Source: Blastocatellia bacterium (lineage in GTDB: Bacteria; Acidobacteriota; Blastocatellia; UBA7656). From it: DNA of 64,000 nt. Under the pieces are notes generated by a model. The model worked only from the letters and a program-made list of their open reading frames with translations. It was not told the DNA's origin and did not search any database. A program made the translations under genes and the position numbers. Where the stretch lies: NCBI GenBank assembly GCA_963765495.1, contig CAVXWP010000001.1, forward strand, positions 224,001-288,000, written 5' to 3'. Below are positions 1 through 10,065 of this stretch, one piece after another. Position 1 is the first letter of the stretch. Every line of letters begins with the position of its first letter.

Positions 1-1593
1 CATCTGCGCGGGATGTTCGCCTTTGCCATCTGGGACTCGAACAGCCGCAGGCTCGTGCTTGCGCGTGATCGGTTGGGAATAAAACCGCTCTACTACGCGC
101 TTACAGACGACGGGACGATCTATTTCGCGTCGGAGATAAAGGCGCTTCTCGAAACCGAGGACATACGGGCTTCGCTCAATTACGCCGCGCTTTCCGATTA
201 CGCCGCGAACCGTTACACATCGGGCGAAGAGACGCTCTTTTGCGGAATAAAACGGCTGCTTCCGGGTCACACGCTCACGTGGCGCGACGGTCGCGTAGAG
301 ATCGAACGCTACTGGGATTTGAGCTTTGCCAAAGGGCAGGAGAGCCTCAGCGAAAGCCGGTACGTCGAGCAGTTCGATGAGTTGTTTTGCGAATCGGTCC
401 GCTTGCGCCTGATGTCGGATGTGCCGCTCGGGATGTTTCTTTCCGGCGGAATCGATTCGAGCGCGATAGCCTCGGTGATGAGCGAAATGGTTAGCGAGCC
501 GATCAAGACTTTTTCGGTAGCCTTTGCCGAACGCGAGGCAAACGAGCTTCGATACGCAAGGATGATAGCGGATGCCTATCACACGGATCATCACGAAATA
601 CTGGTCAGCCCCGACGAGTTTTTTGATGCGTTGCCCGATCTGGTTTATCAGGAGGACGAGCCCCTGGCCCATCCGTCGAGCGTGCCTCTTTACTTCGTGT
701 CGCGGCTTGCGTCTCGTCACGTCAAGGTCGTCCTCACCGGAGAAGGGAGCGACGAGTTGCTGGCCGGGTATGACAAGTATCGCAAGACGATCTACAACCT
801 CACGCTTGGCCGCGCCTATCACGGCGGCGTGCCCGAACCCGTGAGGCGGATGATTCGTCGGGCCATTGAAAACCGGGGAGGCACATCGCGCGCGGCGCGG
901 AAACTTGCGCGCACCTTCCTGTGTATTTCGCCGGATGTGGAAAACATCTATTTCGATAACTTCTCGGTCTTTTCGCGCAGTATGCAAAAGCGGTTATTTA
1001 CGAGCGAGACGCAGGAGCGAATCGCATCGAATGACCCTTATAGCCGCTCGCTCGATTATGCGCAAGCGACAGACGCCGATTCCTTGCTTGATCAGTTGCT
1101 TGCGATGGACATGAAGACTTACCTGCACGAGTTGTTGATGAAGCAGGATCAGATGAGCATGGCCGCTTCGATTGAAAGCCGCGTGCCTTTTCTCGATCAC
1201 AAACTTGTGGAATTTGCCGCGAGCCTTCCGGTGAAGATGAAACTGAAAGGGCTGACCACGAAATACATACTCAGGCGAGCGATGCGACATCGTTTGCCAA
1301 AAAAGATTCTCACCCGCAGGAAGATGGGGTTTCCCGTCCCCGTTGGCGCGTGGCTGCGCGGCAGGTACAGCCACATCATAGAGGAATACGTGCTGTGTGA
1401 TCGCGCGGCGAGTCGCGGCATCTTTGACCGCGAGTTTGTGCGCGAACTCGTAGCGCGACACGCCCGAGGGGAAAACCACGATGAAAGGTTGTGGGCTCTT
1501 ATCAATTTCGAAATCTGGCAGCGCCGATTTGTTGACAGAGAAGACGCCGACAATCAATACCGCTTTATGAGCGCGACACGCGTGGCGGTTTAA
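1..1593 (+). CDS. asnB: Asparagine synthase (glutamine-hydrolysing) family amidotransferase, EPS-associated; 5'-truncated by window edge
   Basis: Frame open from base 1 (HLRGMFAFAIWD); motifs ARDRLGIKPLY, FLSGGIDSS, VVLTGEGSDE, ESRVPFLDH. Confidence 0.93.
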   Translation, partial: HLRGMFAFAIWDSNSRRLVLARDRLGIKPLYYALTDDGTIYFASEIKALLETEDIRASLNYAALSDYAANRYTSGEETLFCGIKRLLPGHTLTWRDGRVEIERYWDLSFAKGQESLSESRYVEQFDELFCESVRLRLMSDVPLGMFLSGGIDSSAIASVMSEMVSEPIKTFSVAFAEREANELRYARMIADAYHTDHHEILVSPDEFFDALPDLVYQEDEPLAHPSSVPLYFVSRLASRHVKVVLTGEGSDELLAGYDKYRKTIYNLTLGRAYHGGVPEPVRRMIRRAIENRGGTSRAARKLARTFLCISPDVENIYFDNFSVFSRSMQKRLFTSETQERIASNDPYSRSLDYAQATDADSLLDQLLAMDMKTYLHELLMKQDQMSMAASIESRVPFLDHKLVEFAASLPVKMKLKGLTTKYILRRAMRHRLPKKILTRRKMGFPVPVGAWLRGRYSHIIEEYVLCDRAASRGIFDREFVRELVARHARGENHDERLWALINFEIWQRRFVDREDADNQYRFMSATRVAV

Positions 1594-1607
1594 GGAGATT
1601 TTGCACT

Positions 1608-2834
1608 GTGAAGATATTATGGCTAAAAAGCGAACTGCTGCACCCGGTAGACAAGGGCGGAAAGATTCGCACATATCAGATGCTCAAACACCTCAAGCGC
1701 GATCACGATATAACATATCTATCGCTTGCGGGACCTTCCGATCCGGTCGAGTCGTTCGATCTCGCCACGGAGTATTGTCACAGGCTTCAAACGGTCGTGT
1801 GGGAAGAGGCTCCGAAATTCAGCGCGCGGTTTTATCGTGAACTGGCTTTGAATCTGAGTTCGCCTTTGCCTTACGCGATTCAGAAATATCGCTCGCCCGT
1901 GATGCAGCGGGCCATAGAGCGCGAATTGAGCCGGAATCATTATGATGTGGTCGTATGCGATTTCCTCGTTCCGAGCGTAAATCTTACAGAGACAAACAGG
2001 TGCGCGACCGTTTTATTTCAGCATAATGTCGAGTCAATCATCTGGCAGAGACATTATGAAATCGAGCGCGGCCGGCTCAGAAAAGCATTCTTTTACAATC
2101 AGTGGCAAAAGATGTATCGCTATGAGCGAGACGTCTGCCGCAGGTTCGATTCGGTAGTCGCCGTATCGCGGGTGGACCGCGATTTGATGGCCAAAGAGTT
2201 CGGGTTGAGCGAAGTCTATGACGTGCCTACGGGCGTGGATACAGATTATTTCAGGCCCTCGGACGCCGAACGCGACCCCGCAGAGATCGTCTTCACAGGC
2301 TCGATGGACTGGATGCCGAATGAAGACGCGATCAACTATTTCGCCGAAGAAATCCTGCCGCTCATCGCCCGATCAATTCCCGGTGTGAAGCTGAGTGTGG
2401 TGGGCCGCAATCCAACCGCTCGCACAAAATCGCTTGCAGAGGCAAACCCGGCCATAACCGTGACCGGGCGGGTCGAAGACATCCGCCCCTTTATTGATCG
2501 AGCGACCGCTTATGTGGTCCCGCTCAGAGTAGGCGGCGGCACGCGATTGAAGATATACGAGGCGATGGCAATGGGTGTGCCGGTCATCTCTACATCCATC
2601 GGCGCGGAAGGCTTGCCCGTGCGCGACGGGGAAGACCTGCTGATAGCCGACACCGCCGAAGGATTCGCGCAGACGGTCACGCGGGTGCTTCTGGATAAGC
2701 AGTTGGCGGCCCGCATCGGGAGTCAGGCACACAGAGTCGTACGCGAGAGATTCGGATGGAGCGTGGCCGCCTGCGCGTTTGCTGAAGTGTGCGAGCGAGC
2801 GGCAAGCAGGGAGTTGCGAATGCGCGCGGCTTAA
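1608..2834 (+). CDS. Glycosyltransferase family 4 (GT-B)
   Basis: VFTGSMDWMPN, VVPLRVGGGTRLKIYEAMAMGVPVIST; AAGGAG RBS before GTG start. Confidence 0.9.
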   Translation: MKILWLKSELLHPVDKGGKIRTYQMLKHLKRDHDITYLSLAGPSDPVESFDLATEYCHRLQTVVWEEAPKFSARFYRELALNLSSPLPYAIQKYRSPVMQRAIERELSRNHYDVVVCDFLVPSVNLTETNRCATVLFQHNVESIIWQRHYEIERGRLRKAFFYNQWQKMYRYERDVCRRFDSVVAVSRVDRDLMAKEFGLSEVYDVPTGVDTDYFRPSDAERDPAEIVFTGSMDWMPNEDAINYFAEEILPLIARSIPGVKLSVVGRNPTARTKSLAEANPAITVTGRVEDIRPFIDRATAYVVPLRVGGGTRLKIYEAMAMGVPVISTSIGAEGLPVRDGEDLLIADTAEGFAQTVTRVLLDKQLAARIGSQAHRVVRERFGWSVAACAFAEVCERAASRELRMRAA

Positions 2835-2876
2835 ACCATTAGGGATTGATAGAGATGAAAGACAACGAAAAGCAAA

Positions 2877-2987
2877 TAGGAATAGGCCGGGACGGACGCG
2901 GATGCGGCGGATTTACGCGGATCTGACTCTTTAAGATTTAATCTGCGTTGATCCGCCAAAATCCGCACCCGTCCTGGCCTATTCCTA
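2877..2987. repeat. AATAGGCC palindromic MITE-like element, copy 1
   Basis: TAGGAATAGGCCGGGACGG ... CCGTCCTGGCCTATTCCTA inverted ends; internal CGGAT/ATCCG units at about 9-bp period; similar to 48712-48817. Confidence 0.8.
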
Positions 2988-3037
2988 ATAACCCGATCAA
3001 GTCGTTGGAATTTAAATATGGAGTTTGGAGCAATAAT

Positions 3038-4351
3038 ATGAGGTTGAGCATTTTCGGTCTTGGATATGTCGGTTGCGTTTCGGCGGCCTGCTTTGCAGAG
3101 GCAGGCCACGAGGTCATCGGCGTAGACGTGAATAATTTAAAAGTGGAGATCGTAAATAGCGGTCGCAGCCCGATTGTCGAGCCGGGCATAGAAGAATTGA
3201 TCGCCCGGGGTGTGAAGAAAAAACGGCTCACGGCGACGACCGATACTCGTCAGGCCGTACATGATTCCGACGTTTCGCTCGTGTGCGTAGGCACGCCCGG
3301 CAATCACAACGGCAGCCTCGATCTGACATATGTAAAGCGCGTCTGCCAGGAAATAGGTGAGGCGCTCGAAAGCAAATCCCGGTTTCACATAGTCGCGATT
3401 CGCAGCACGATGCTTCCCGGCACGATCTCCGAAACCGTGACGCCTGCGCTTGAAGTCTACTCGGGCAAACGCGCCGGACGCGATTTCGGAGTGGCCGTCA
3501 ACCCGGAGTTTCTGCGCGAAGGCACTTCGATTCAAGACTTCAACAATCCTCCGTTTACGCTAATCGGAGCCGATGATGATGATACGGCGGGGCCACTCGG
3601 GAAACTCTATTCCAACATCGACGCGCCTACCTTGACCATCGGGATCAGGGAGGCCGAGATGGTCAAGTATGCGTGCAACTGTTTTCACGCGCTGAAGGTG
3701 ACGTTCGCAAACGAGATAGGCAATATCTGCAAGGCTGCCGGGGTGGACAGCCATCAGGTTATGGATGTCTTTTGCAAGGACACAAAGCTGAATCTGTCGC
3801 CTTACTATCTGAAGCCGGGGTTTGCCTACGGCGGCTCGTGCCTTCCTAAGGATTTGCGCGCCATCACCTACAAAGCCAGAGAGATGGATGTCGATGTGCC
3901 GATGTTGAGCGCGATACAGACGAGCAACCGCCGACAGGTAGAGCGCGCCGTTGATATGGTCCTCGGGACCGGGCGCAAGAAAGTCGGCGTGCTTGGAATG
4001 AGCTTCAAATCGGGTACGGATGATCTGCGCGAAAGCCCTATGGTGGCGCTTATAGAGACGCTCATCGGCAAGGGCATGAAGCTGACCATCTATGACCGGG
4101 ACGTAGAGATGGCCCGATTGTTTGGAGCTAACAAAGATTATATCGAGCGCGAGATTCCTCACATTTCGTCGCTGATGCATCCTCGACTGGATGAGGTTAT
4201 CGAAGACTCGGAAGTCATCATCATCGGCAAGAAGGAAGATGAGTTTCGAGTGCTTGCCGATAAACTCAACAACGGGCGCGTGATCATCGATCTGGTCAGG
4301 CTGTTTGACATCGAGGATGAGCGAACAAGTTACCAGGGGATGTGCTGGTAA
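3038..4351 (+). CDS. UDP-glucose/GDP-mannose 6-dehydrogenase (AlgD-like)
   Basis: MRLSIFGLGYVG Rossmann motif, NPEFLREG, GGSCLPKD catalytic Cys, FKSGTDDLRESP; ATG 3038 follows GGAG (the longer ORF start lies within a repeat). Confidence 0.93.
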   Translation: MRLSIFGLGYVGCVSAACFAEAGHEVIGVDVNNLKVEIVNSGRSPIVEPGIEELIARGVKKKRLTATTDTRQAVHDSDVSLVCVGTPGNHNGSLDLTYVKRVCQEIGEALESKSRFHIVAIRSTMLPGTISETVTPALEVYSGKRAGRDFGVAVNPEFLREGTSIQDFNNPPFTLIGADDDDTAGPLGKLYSNIDAPTLTIGIREAEMVKYACNCFHALKVTFANEIGNICKAAGVDSHQVMDVFCKDTKLNLSPYYLKPGFAYGGSCLPKDLRAITYKAREMDVDVPMLSAIQTSNRRQVERAVDMVLGTGRKKVGVLGMSFKSGTDDLRESPMVALIETLIGKGMKLTIYDRDVEMARLFGANKDYIEREIPHISSLMHPRLDEVIEDSEVIIIGKKEDEFRVLADKLNNGRVIIDLVRLFDIEDERTSYQGMCW

Positions 4352-4362
4352 AGGGGGCAATT

Positions 4363-6051
4363 GTGGCTGTTTTGTGGAAATCTACGCTGACTCTTTTATT
4401 ATCGCTGGCCGTCATATCGTGCGCCGCCGCGAGGTCTGACAATCGCTACAATGAGGCGAGCGCCTCACTCGCTCCGGTTGCGGCGGAGACAGAGCCGGCG
4501 GACGGAAAACCGATTCCGCCTGCTGTCTTTCTGGATACGACTTACACGCAATCATCGGGGCAAAAGATAGTTGTGAATGAAGGCCCTTCGGCATCCGAAA
4601 AGCTTCAGAATGCGCTCGATGAAGCCAGCCCCGGAGACGTGATCGAACTGGAGGCGGGCGCGCTGTTTATAGGCAATTTTACGCTGCCAAAAAAGAAGGG
4701 CGCGGACTGGATCGTCATACGAAGCTCGGCGACAGACGCGGGGCTTTCTGGGGAAGGCACGCGCATCGGTCCTTCGCAAAACTGGCAGATGCCGAAACTG
4801 ATAAGCTCAAACGCAAGCCCCGCGCTCGCGACCGCCGAGGGAGCGCATCACTATCGCTTCATAGGCATCGAATTTTCGATCACCTCCGATGTGCAATCAA
4901 ACCTGAACCTCATAAAACTCGGGCAGGGCGACGAGACGGATGAAGCGAGCCTCCCTCACGACATAATATTTGATCGCTGCTACATACACGGCAACCAGAC
5001 CTCCACGCTCAGGCGCGGCATAGCACTCAACAGCGCGCGAACCGCGGTCATCGATTCTTACATTTCGGATTGTCACGAAGCGGGCGCTGATTCGCAGGCA
5101 ATCGCCGGATGGAACGGGCCGGGGCCTTTCAAGATCGTCAACAACTATCTGGAAGCGTCGGGCGAAAACGTTATGTTTGGCGGCGCTGATCCGAAGATCA
5201 AAGACCTTGTGCCGTCCGATATCGAGTTTCGCCAGAATCACTGCTTCAAACCGCTCAGTTGGAAAGTCGGGCATCCGAGTTTTGCGGGTACGCGCTGGTC
5301 GATCAAGAATCTCTTCGAACTGAAAAACGCCCGGCGGGTTCTGGTCGAAGGCAATGTCTTTGAGAACAACTGGCCGGATGCGCAGACGGGTTACGCGATA
5401 CTGATCAAATCGGTGAATCAGGAAGGGACCGCGCCGTGGAGCGTAACGCGGGATGTGGATTTCAAAAACAACATCGTGCGCCACACCTCATCGGGGATAA
5501 ACATTCTGGGCCGTGACCTGGATCATCCGAGCGGAAAGATGAAACGAGTCCGCGTGACAAACAATCTGTTTGAAGATGTGAACGCTAGTACCTGGGGCGG
5601 AGAGGGAACCTTTCTGAAGATCAGCGAAACCGTCGACGTGGTCATAGACCACAATACCGTTTTGCATACGGGCAACGCGATCTCGGCTTACGGCGAAAAG
5701 AGCAGGGGGTTTGTCTTTACAAACAACGTGGTGCAGCAAAACTCCTACGGCGTTAAGGGCGACGGCACAGCCGTAGGCGATGACACGCTCGAGAAATATT
5801 TCCCGGAAGCGGTCTTCAAAAAGAACATCATCGTCGGCGCAGCCGAGTCCGAGTATCCTGATAACAACTACTTTCCGGCAACGCTCAACGATGTGAAGTT
5901 CGCAGACCAGGCGCGAGGCGATTTCCGCCTGAGCGACAACAGCGCCTTCAGAAGCGCCGGAACCAGAGACAGCGCGATAGGCTGCGATATAGAGGCTCTG
6001 CGGGCGGCAACCGCGAAAAGCGTAATCGCTCAGCTACGGGGAGACAGGTGA
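4363..6051 (+). CDS. Secreted/lipoprotein right-handed parallel beta-helix (pectin-lyase-like) protein
   Basis: Signal peptide ending ISC; LQNALDEASPGDVIEL cap helix; Asn-ladder repeats; GDFRL..NS motif; start uncertain (4342 or 4363). Confidence 0.7.
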   Translation: MAVLWKSTLTLLLSLAVISCAAARSDNRYNEASASLAPVAAETEPADGKPIPPAVFLDTTYTQSSGQKIVVNEGPSASEKLQNALDEASPGDVIELEAGALFIGNFTLPKKKGADWIVIRSSATDAGLSGEGTRIGPSQNWQMPKLISSNASPALATAEGAHHYRFIGIEFSITSDVQSNLNLIKLGQGDETDEASLPHDIIFDRCYIHGNQTSTLRRGIALNSARTAVIDSYISDCHEAGADSQAIAGWNGPGPFKIVNNYLEASGENVMFGGADPKIKDLVPSDIEFRQNHCFKPLSWKVGHPSFAGTRWSIKNLFELKNARRVLVEGNVFENNWPDAQTGYAILIKSVNQEGTAPWSVTRDVDFKNNIVRHTSSGINILGRDLDHPSGKMKRVRVTNNLFEDVNASTWGGEGTFLKISETVDVVIDHNTVLHTGNAISAYGEKSRGFVFTNNVVQQNSYGVKGDGTAVGDDTLEKYFPEAVFKKNIIVGAAESEYPDNNYFPATLNDVKFADQARGDFRLSDNSAFRSAGTRDSAIGCDIEALRAATAKSVIAQLRGDR

Positions 6052-7598
6052 GATTTGTGAGGAAATTTCAGGAAGAAAGCTCTTCATTAACGATGCGGGC
6101 GGCCTATTTTTTACTGGCCAAGACGCTGGCCTTTGCCTTCAGTTTTGCGCTGCCGCTGCTTCTTGTGCGGCGATTGAGCCAGCACGATCTGGGTCTGTAT
6201 AAACAGGTCTTTCTGATCGTAGGCACCGCGATGTCGATCCTTCCGATGGGATTCGGGATGAGCGCTTTTTATTTCCTGCCGCGCGAGCGCAACCGTCAGG
6301 GACAGATCATCTTCAACATCCTGCTCTTTTACGGGCTGGTTGGCGGGCTTGCGTGTCTTGCGCTCTTTATCCGGCCCTCGCTGCTTGCCGCCGTCTTCAA
6401 CAGTTCAGAGCTTGTTCAATACGGTCCCGCAATCGGTGTCGTCTCTTTGTTGTGGATCGCCTCTTCTTTTCTTGAGATAGTCGTGATCGCGCATCAAGAG
6501 ACAAAGCTGGCATCGATACTCATCGTAGGATCGCAGTTCACAAAGGCAGTGCTGTTGTTGGGCGCGGCCATCTCAATCGGGTCGGTGGAGTCGTTGATTT
6601 ACGCGGCGGCCATTCAGGGCGCGGTGCAAACCATTATCCTCTTGCTTTACCTGCGCTCGCGTTTCGGCAGCTTCTGGCGACACTTTAGCTGGCCCGTTAT
6701 GCGAATGCAGATAGCCTATGCCTTGCCGTTCGGGTTTGCCTCGCTGCTGCTTCGCGCTCATTCGGACCTGCATAACTATTTCGTCTCTTACAAATTCGGC
6801 GCTGCCGCCTATGCCGTCTATTCGATAGGATGTTTCAACATCCTGTTTGTAGACATTCTCACAGATTCGGTCGGGGCGGTAATGTTGCCCCGCGTCAGCC
6901 ATCTGCAAAGTCAGGGCAACACACGCGAGATCATAAGCCTCGTGGCGCGAATGCTGCGCAAACTGGCTTTCATGTTCTTTCCGCTTTATGTCTTTCTGCT
7001 GGTATCGGGTCGCGAATTTATCGTCGCGCTCTTTACCGAGCAGTATCTTGAAAGCTGGCCGATATTCGCCATCAACCTGACCTTGATCCCGATGACGCTG
7101 CTTGCGAGCGCCTATGACCCCGTGATACGCGCCTACCCCGAGAACAAATATTTTCTGATAAGAGTGCGCGTGGCGCTGCTTGGCGTGCTGCTCGTCGGCC
7201 TCGTCTTTGGCACAAACCATTTCGGGCTGATAGGTGCGATAGCAGCGGTCGTGGGCGTGAGCCTGATCGAGCGACTGGTAATGGCATTCAAGGCCGGAAG
7301 AGTTTTGGGCGCGACATGGCGCGACGCGCTTTTGCTGAAAGACGTGGGCAAGCTTGCGGTGGCTTCGGTCGTCGCCGGGCTTGTCGCGTTTGTCACGCGG
7401 TCGCTTTTGCCCGACACGCTGGCGATTGTCGTGCTGATCGTGTCGGGTGTGGTCTTCTGCGCGGCTTATCTGGTGGCCGTATTATTGCTCAGAGTCGTTA
7501 TGCCCGCCGAGTGGGGAGCCGTTCGCCGCAGAATCGATATGCTGCAACGCCTGTCGCCGTGGAGGCGTCCTATAGCTCCGATAAGCGAACAAGGATGA
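6048..7598 (+). CDS. Wzx-type polysaccharide flippase (MOP superfamily)
   Basis: About 14 hydrophobic segments; LVRRLSQHDLGLY; polysaccharide operon context. Confidence 0.85.
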   Translation: MRFVRKFQEESSSLTMRAAYFLLAKTLAFAFSFALPLLLVRRLSQHDLGLYKQVFLIVGTAMSILPMGFGMSAFYFLPRERNRQGQIIFNILLFYGLVGGLACLALFIRPSLLAAVFNSSELVQYGPAIGVVSLLWIASSFLEIVVIAHQETKLASILIVGSQFTKAVLLLGAAISIGSVESLIYAAAIQGAVQTIILLLYLRSRFGSFWRHFSWPVMRMQIAYALPFGFASLLLRAHSDLHNYFVSYKFGAAAYAVYSIGCFNILFVDILTDSVGAVMLPRVSHLQSQGNTREIISLVARMLRKLAFMFFPLYVFLLVSGREFIVALFTEQYLESWPIFAINLTLIPMTLLASAYDPVIRAYPENKYFLIRVRVALLGVLLVGLVFGTNHFGLIGAIAAVVGVSLIERLVMAFKAGRVLGATWRDALLLKDVGKLAVASVVAGLVAFVTRSLLPDTLAIVVLIVSGVVFCAAYLVAVLLLRVVMPAEWGAVRRRIDMLQRLSPWRRPIAPISEQG

Positions 7599-8599
7599 AG
7601 GCTATGATAGCTCGATTAAAACAGATCGCAAGAAAATCAAAGACGGGCATCATCGCCTACAGAATATATGACGACTGGTCTGCGGGCAGGCGGTTTGAGT
7701 CGGGCAAGATCGAATCAACCTCCGGCTCGACCCATCAGCAGTGGCCTCTGTCAAAGAGCCTGAGCTACATAAAAGACGTTTTCGAAGACTATCTGAAATA
7801 TGCAAACCTCGCGCCCGACGGGCTTGAAAGCAAGCGAATTCTTGAAGCCGGTCACGGAGACAATGTCGGGGTCGCGCTAAGAATGCTCGCCGCCGGAGCC
7901 CGACATGTAACCTGTCTCGACAAATTCTATTCGGAGGCCGACCCTGAACAGCAATCGGCCATCTATCAGGCGTTGAGGGAAGAACTCGACGCTCGATCCA
8001 GAGCGCGGTTTGACGAAGCGATCAGCATGGCCGGTGGGATTGAAACAAACCCCGAAAGGCTGGCCTGTGTTTACGGAAAGGGCATAGAAGAAGCCGACAG
8101 CCTGTTCGATGCCAATGGATTCGACCTGATAGTTTCGCGGGCCGTTCTGGAGTATTCGCCCGACAGCGACAGAGCCTTTGCCGTTATGAATGACCTACTG
8201 GTTCCCGGCGGCCTGATGCTTCACAAGATAGACCTCAGAGACGACGGGATGTTTAGCAGCCGGGGGCTGCATCCGCTTACGTTTCTCACGATCTCGGACA
8301 GGGTTTACCGGATGATGACTGCCCGCTCGGGCCGATGTAATCGAAAGATGATTGATTGCTATCGGCAGAAACTGGAAGCGATGAATTACGCGGCCCGGTT
8401 CTATGTGACGGGCATCATAGGGTGTGGAGAAGAGGTCACACCTCATAAGGAAAAGATCGAGTTTAATGTGGACTATGACGACTACACGGTCGCGCTCATC
8501 AATCAGATTCGACCGGACTTGATAGGAAGATACAGAAGGCTGACGGATGAAGAACTGATGGTCTGCGGCATATTTGTGGCGGCCCGAAAACCCGTGTGA
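7595..8599 (+). CDS. Class I SAM-dependent methyltransferase
   Basis: RILEAGHG motif I, FDLIVSRAVLE, LLVPGG; ATGA overlap with flippase stop. Confidence 0.8.
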   Translation: MKAMIARLKQIARKSKTGIIAYRIYDDWSAGRRFESGKIESTSGSTHQQWPLSKSLSYIKDVFEDYLKYANLAPDGLESKRILEAGHGDNVGVALRMLAAGARHVTCLDKFYSEADPEQQSAIYQALREELDARSRARFDEAISMAGGIETNPERLACVYGKGIEEADSLFDANGFDLIVSRAVLEYSPDSDRAFAVMNDLLVPGGLMLHKIDLRDDGMFSSRGLHPLTFLTISDRVYRMMTARSGRCNRKMIDCYRQKLEAMNYAARFYVTGIIGCGEEVTPHKEKIEFNVDYDDYTVALINQIRPDLIGRYRRLTDEELMVCGIFVAARKPV

Positions 8600-9864
8600 T
8601 CGTGTCTGTGCATAAGGTGAAAATTGTCATGAGTAAGCGAACAAAGAAATATATAGAGAAGCTCATGTGGTCACTGCCGTGGCTTGCGCGCTATCCGTTA
8701 TGGCGAGCCGGTGAACTTGCGCGGCGCGCAAACGGAGCAGACAGCCCCCGCCACCTCATATTGACGATAGCAAACCATTTCGAGCCCGGATGGGATGGAA
8801 CCCGGCAGGGGCTTGACTGGCCGAGCCAGATGCTGAGGGTCGAAGACTGGCATAAGCAGGCGCGGGCGACCGGCGAGGTCATTCTTGATGCGGACGGCAC
8901 GCCGTTTCGTCACACAAATTTCTATCCGGCTGAACAGTATTACAAGCCTATGCTGGAAAAGCTGGCCCAGATGCAGGCCGAAGGTCTGGGCGAAGTCGAA
9001 ATCCACCTTCATCACGGAGTGGATGAGCCCGACACGCCTGCCTCCCTCAAACACGCGCTCGAAGACTTTCGAGATATTCTTGTCGAAGATCACAAATGTC
9101 TTTCGCGGCTTGATGACAGCGGCGCTCCGATGTACGCGTTTGTGCACGGCAACTGGGCGCTCGCAAATTCGGCCGGAGGCCGGTTCTGCGGCGTGAATTC
9201 AGAGATGCAGATACTTGCCGATACCGGCTGCTACGCCGATCTCACGCTTCCGTCCATTCACAGCCGGGCGCAGGTTGCGCGCATCAATGCCATCTATGAG
9301 TGCGGCTATCGGTTGAGCGAAGCCCGCCCGCACAGGTGGGGGAAGAACCTTCGCGCAGGCCGCCGCCCTCAACTGCCCATCCTTATCACAGGGCCAACCG
9401 TGTTTGACTGGCGGCACTGCCGTCCGGGCCGTCTGATCCCGCGAATCGAAGACGGGGTCTTAACATCGAGCTACCCTCTCGATATGGGACGCCTGCTCAA
9501 CTGGCAGAGCGCGGGCGTAAGCGTCACGGGGCGGCCCGAATGGTTATTCGTCAAGCTCTATTGCCACGGCTTCTTTCCCTCCGACGATGCGGCAACTATC
9601 GGTGAACCGATGCGCCGGTTCATGGGTGACGTTTTGGAAACATCCGAGCGCACAGGAGAGTTCAAGATTCATTTTGCGACCGCGCGCGAGGCTTACAACA
9701 TCGCGATGGCGGCCGTAGACGGGCACAAAGGCGAGCCCGGTATTTACAGGGATTATCAACTGCGCCAGATCATGCAGGGGCCGGTTACTTCGCTTTCCGG
9801 CTCTGGGAATCTATCGAATGTAGCCCACGACCCGCTGGCGCAGATTGCAGGCATAAGCAGATAA
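8596..9864 (+). CDS. Conserved hypothetical protein, possible polysaccharide deacetylase-like metal hydrolase
   Basis: ANHFEP, EVEIHLHH, FVHGNWAL His-rich motifs; coupled within operon; start may be ATG 8629. Confidence 0.6.
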   Translation: MIVSVHKVKIVMSKRTKKYIEKLMWSLPWLARYPLWRAGELARRANGADSPRHLILTIANHFEPGWDGTRQGLDWPSQMLRVEDWHKQARATGEVILDADGTPFRHTNFYPAEQYYKPMLEKLAQMQAEGLGEVEIHLHHGVDEPDTPASLKHALEDFRDILVEDHKCLSRLDDSGAPMYAFVHGNWALANSAGGRFCGVNSEMQILADTGCYADLTLPSIHSRAQVARINAIYECGYRLSEARPHRWGKNLRAGRRPQLPILITGPTVFDWRHCRPGRLIPRIEDGVLTSSYPLDMGRLLNWQSAGVSVTGRPEWLFVKLYCHGFFPSDDAATIGEPMRRFMGDVLETSERTGEFKIHFATAREAYNIAMAAVDGHKGEPGIYRDYQLRQIMQGPVTSLSGSGNLSNVAHDPLAQIAGISR

Positions 9865-9868
9865 CAAA

Positions 9869-10035
9869 CCGCGAGAGATTGGTACAAATGAATTTGAATG
9901 AAAGACAGATGGGAATAGGCCACGGATTCGACGGATCGGACGGATCAACACGGATTTGGTTCTATAGGGTCTGATCCGCGTCCGTCCTGGCCTATTTCTA
10001 GTTGCCCTGCTTTGGAGTTCGCTTGTATCGAGCCT
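9869..10035. repeat. AATAGGCC MITE-like element, copy 2 (long form)
   Basis: Core 9911-10000; left flank ccgcgagagattggtacaaatga and right flank ctttggagtt match the reverse complement of the flanks of the 48674-48860 copy. Confidence 0.8.
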
Positions 10036-10065
10036 GTGCGGTTGATTTAGAACCGGGAGATTGAA

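Noticed and set aside
2948-3037. Longer N-termini in the ORF track (also 7316, 18667, 22788, 32930, 37102, 38655, 44662, 59680)
   Set aside because: Extensions run through repeats, promoters or neighbouring genes; downstream starts have an RBS or coupling and match family N-termini
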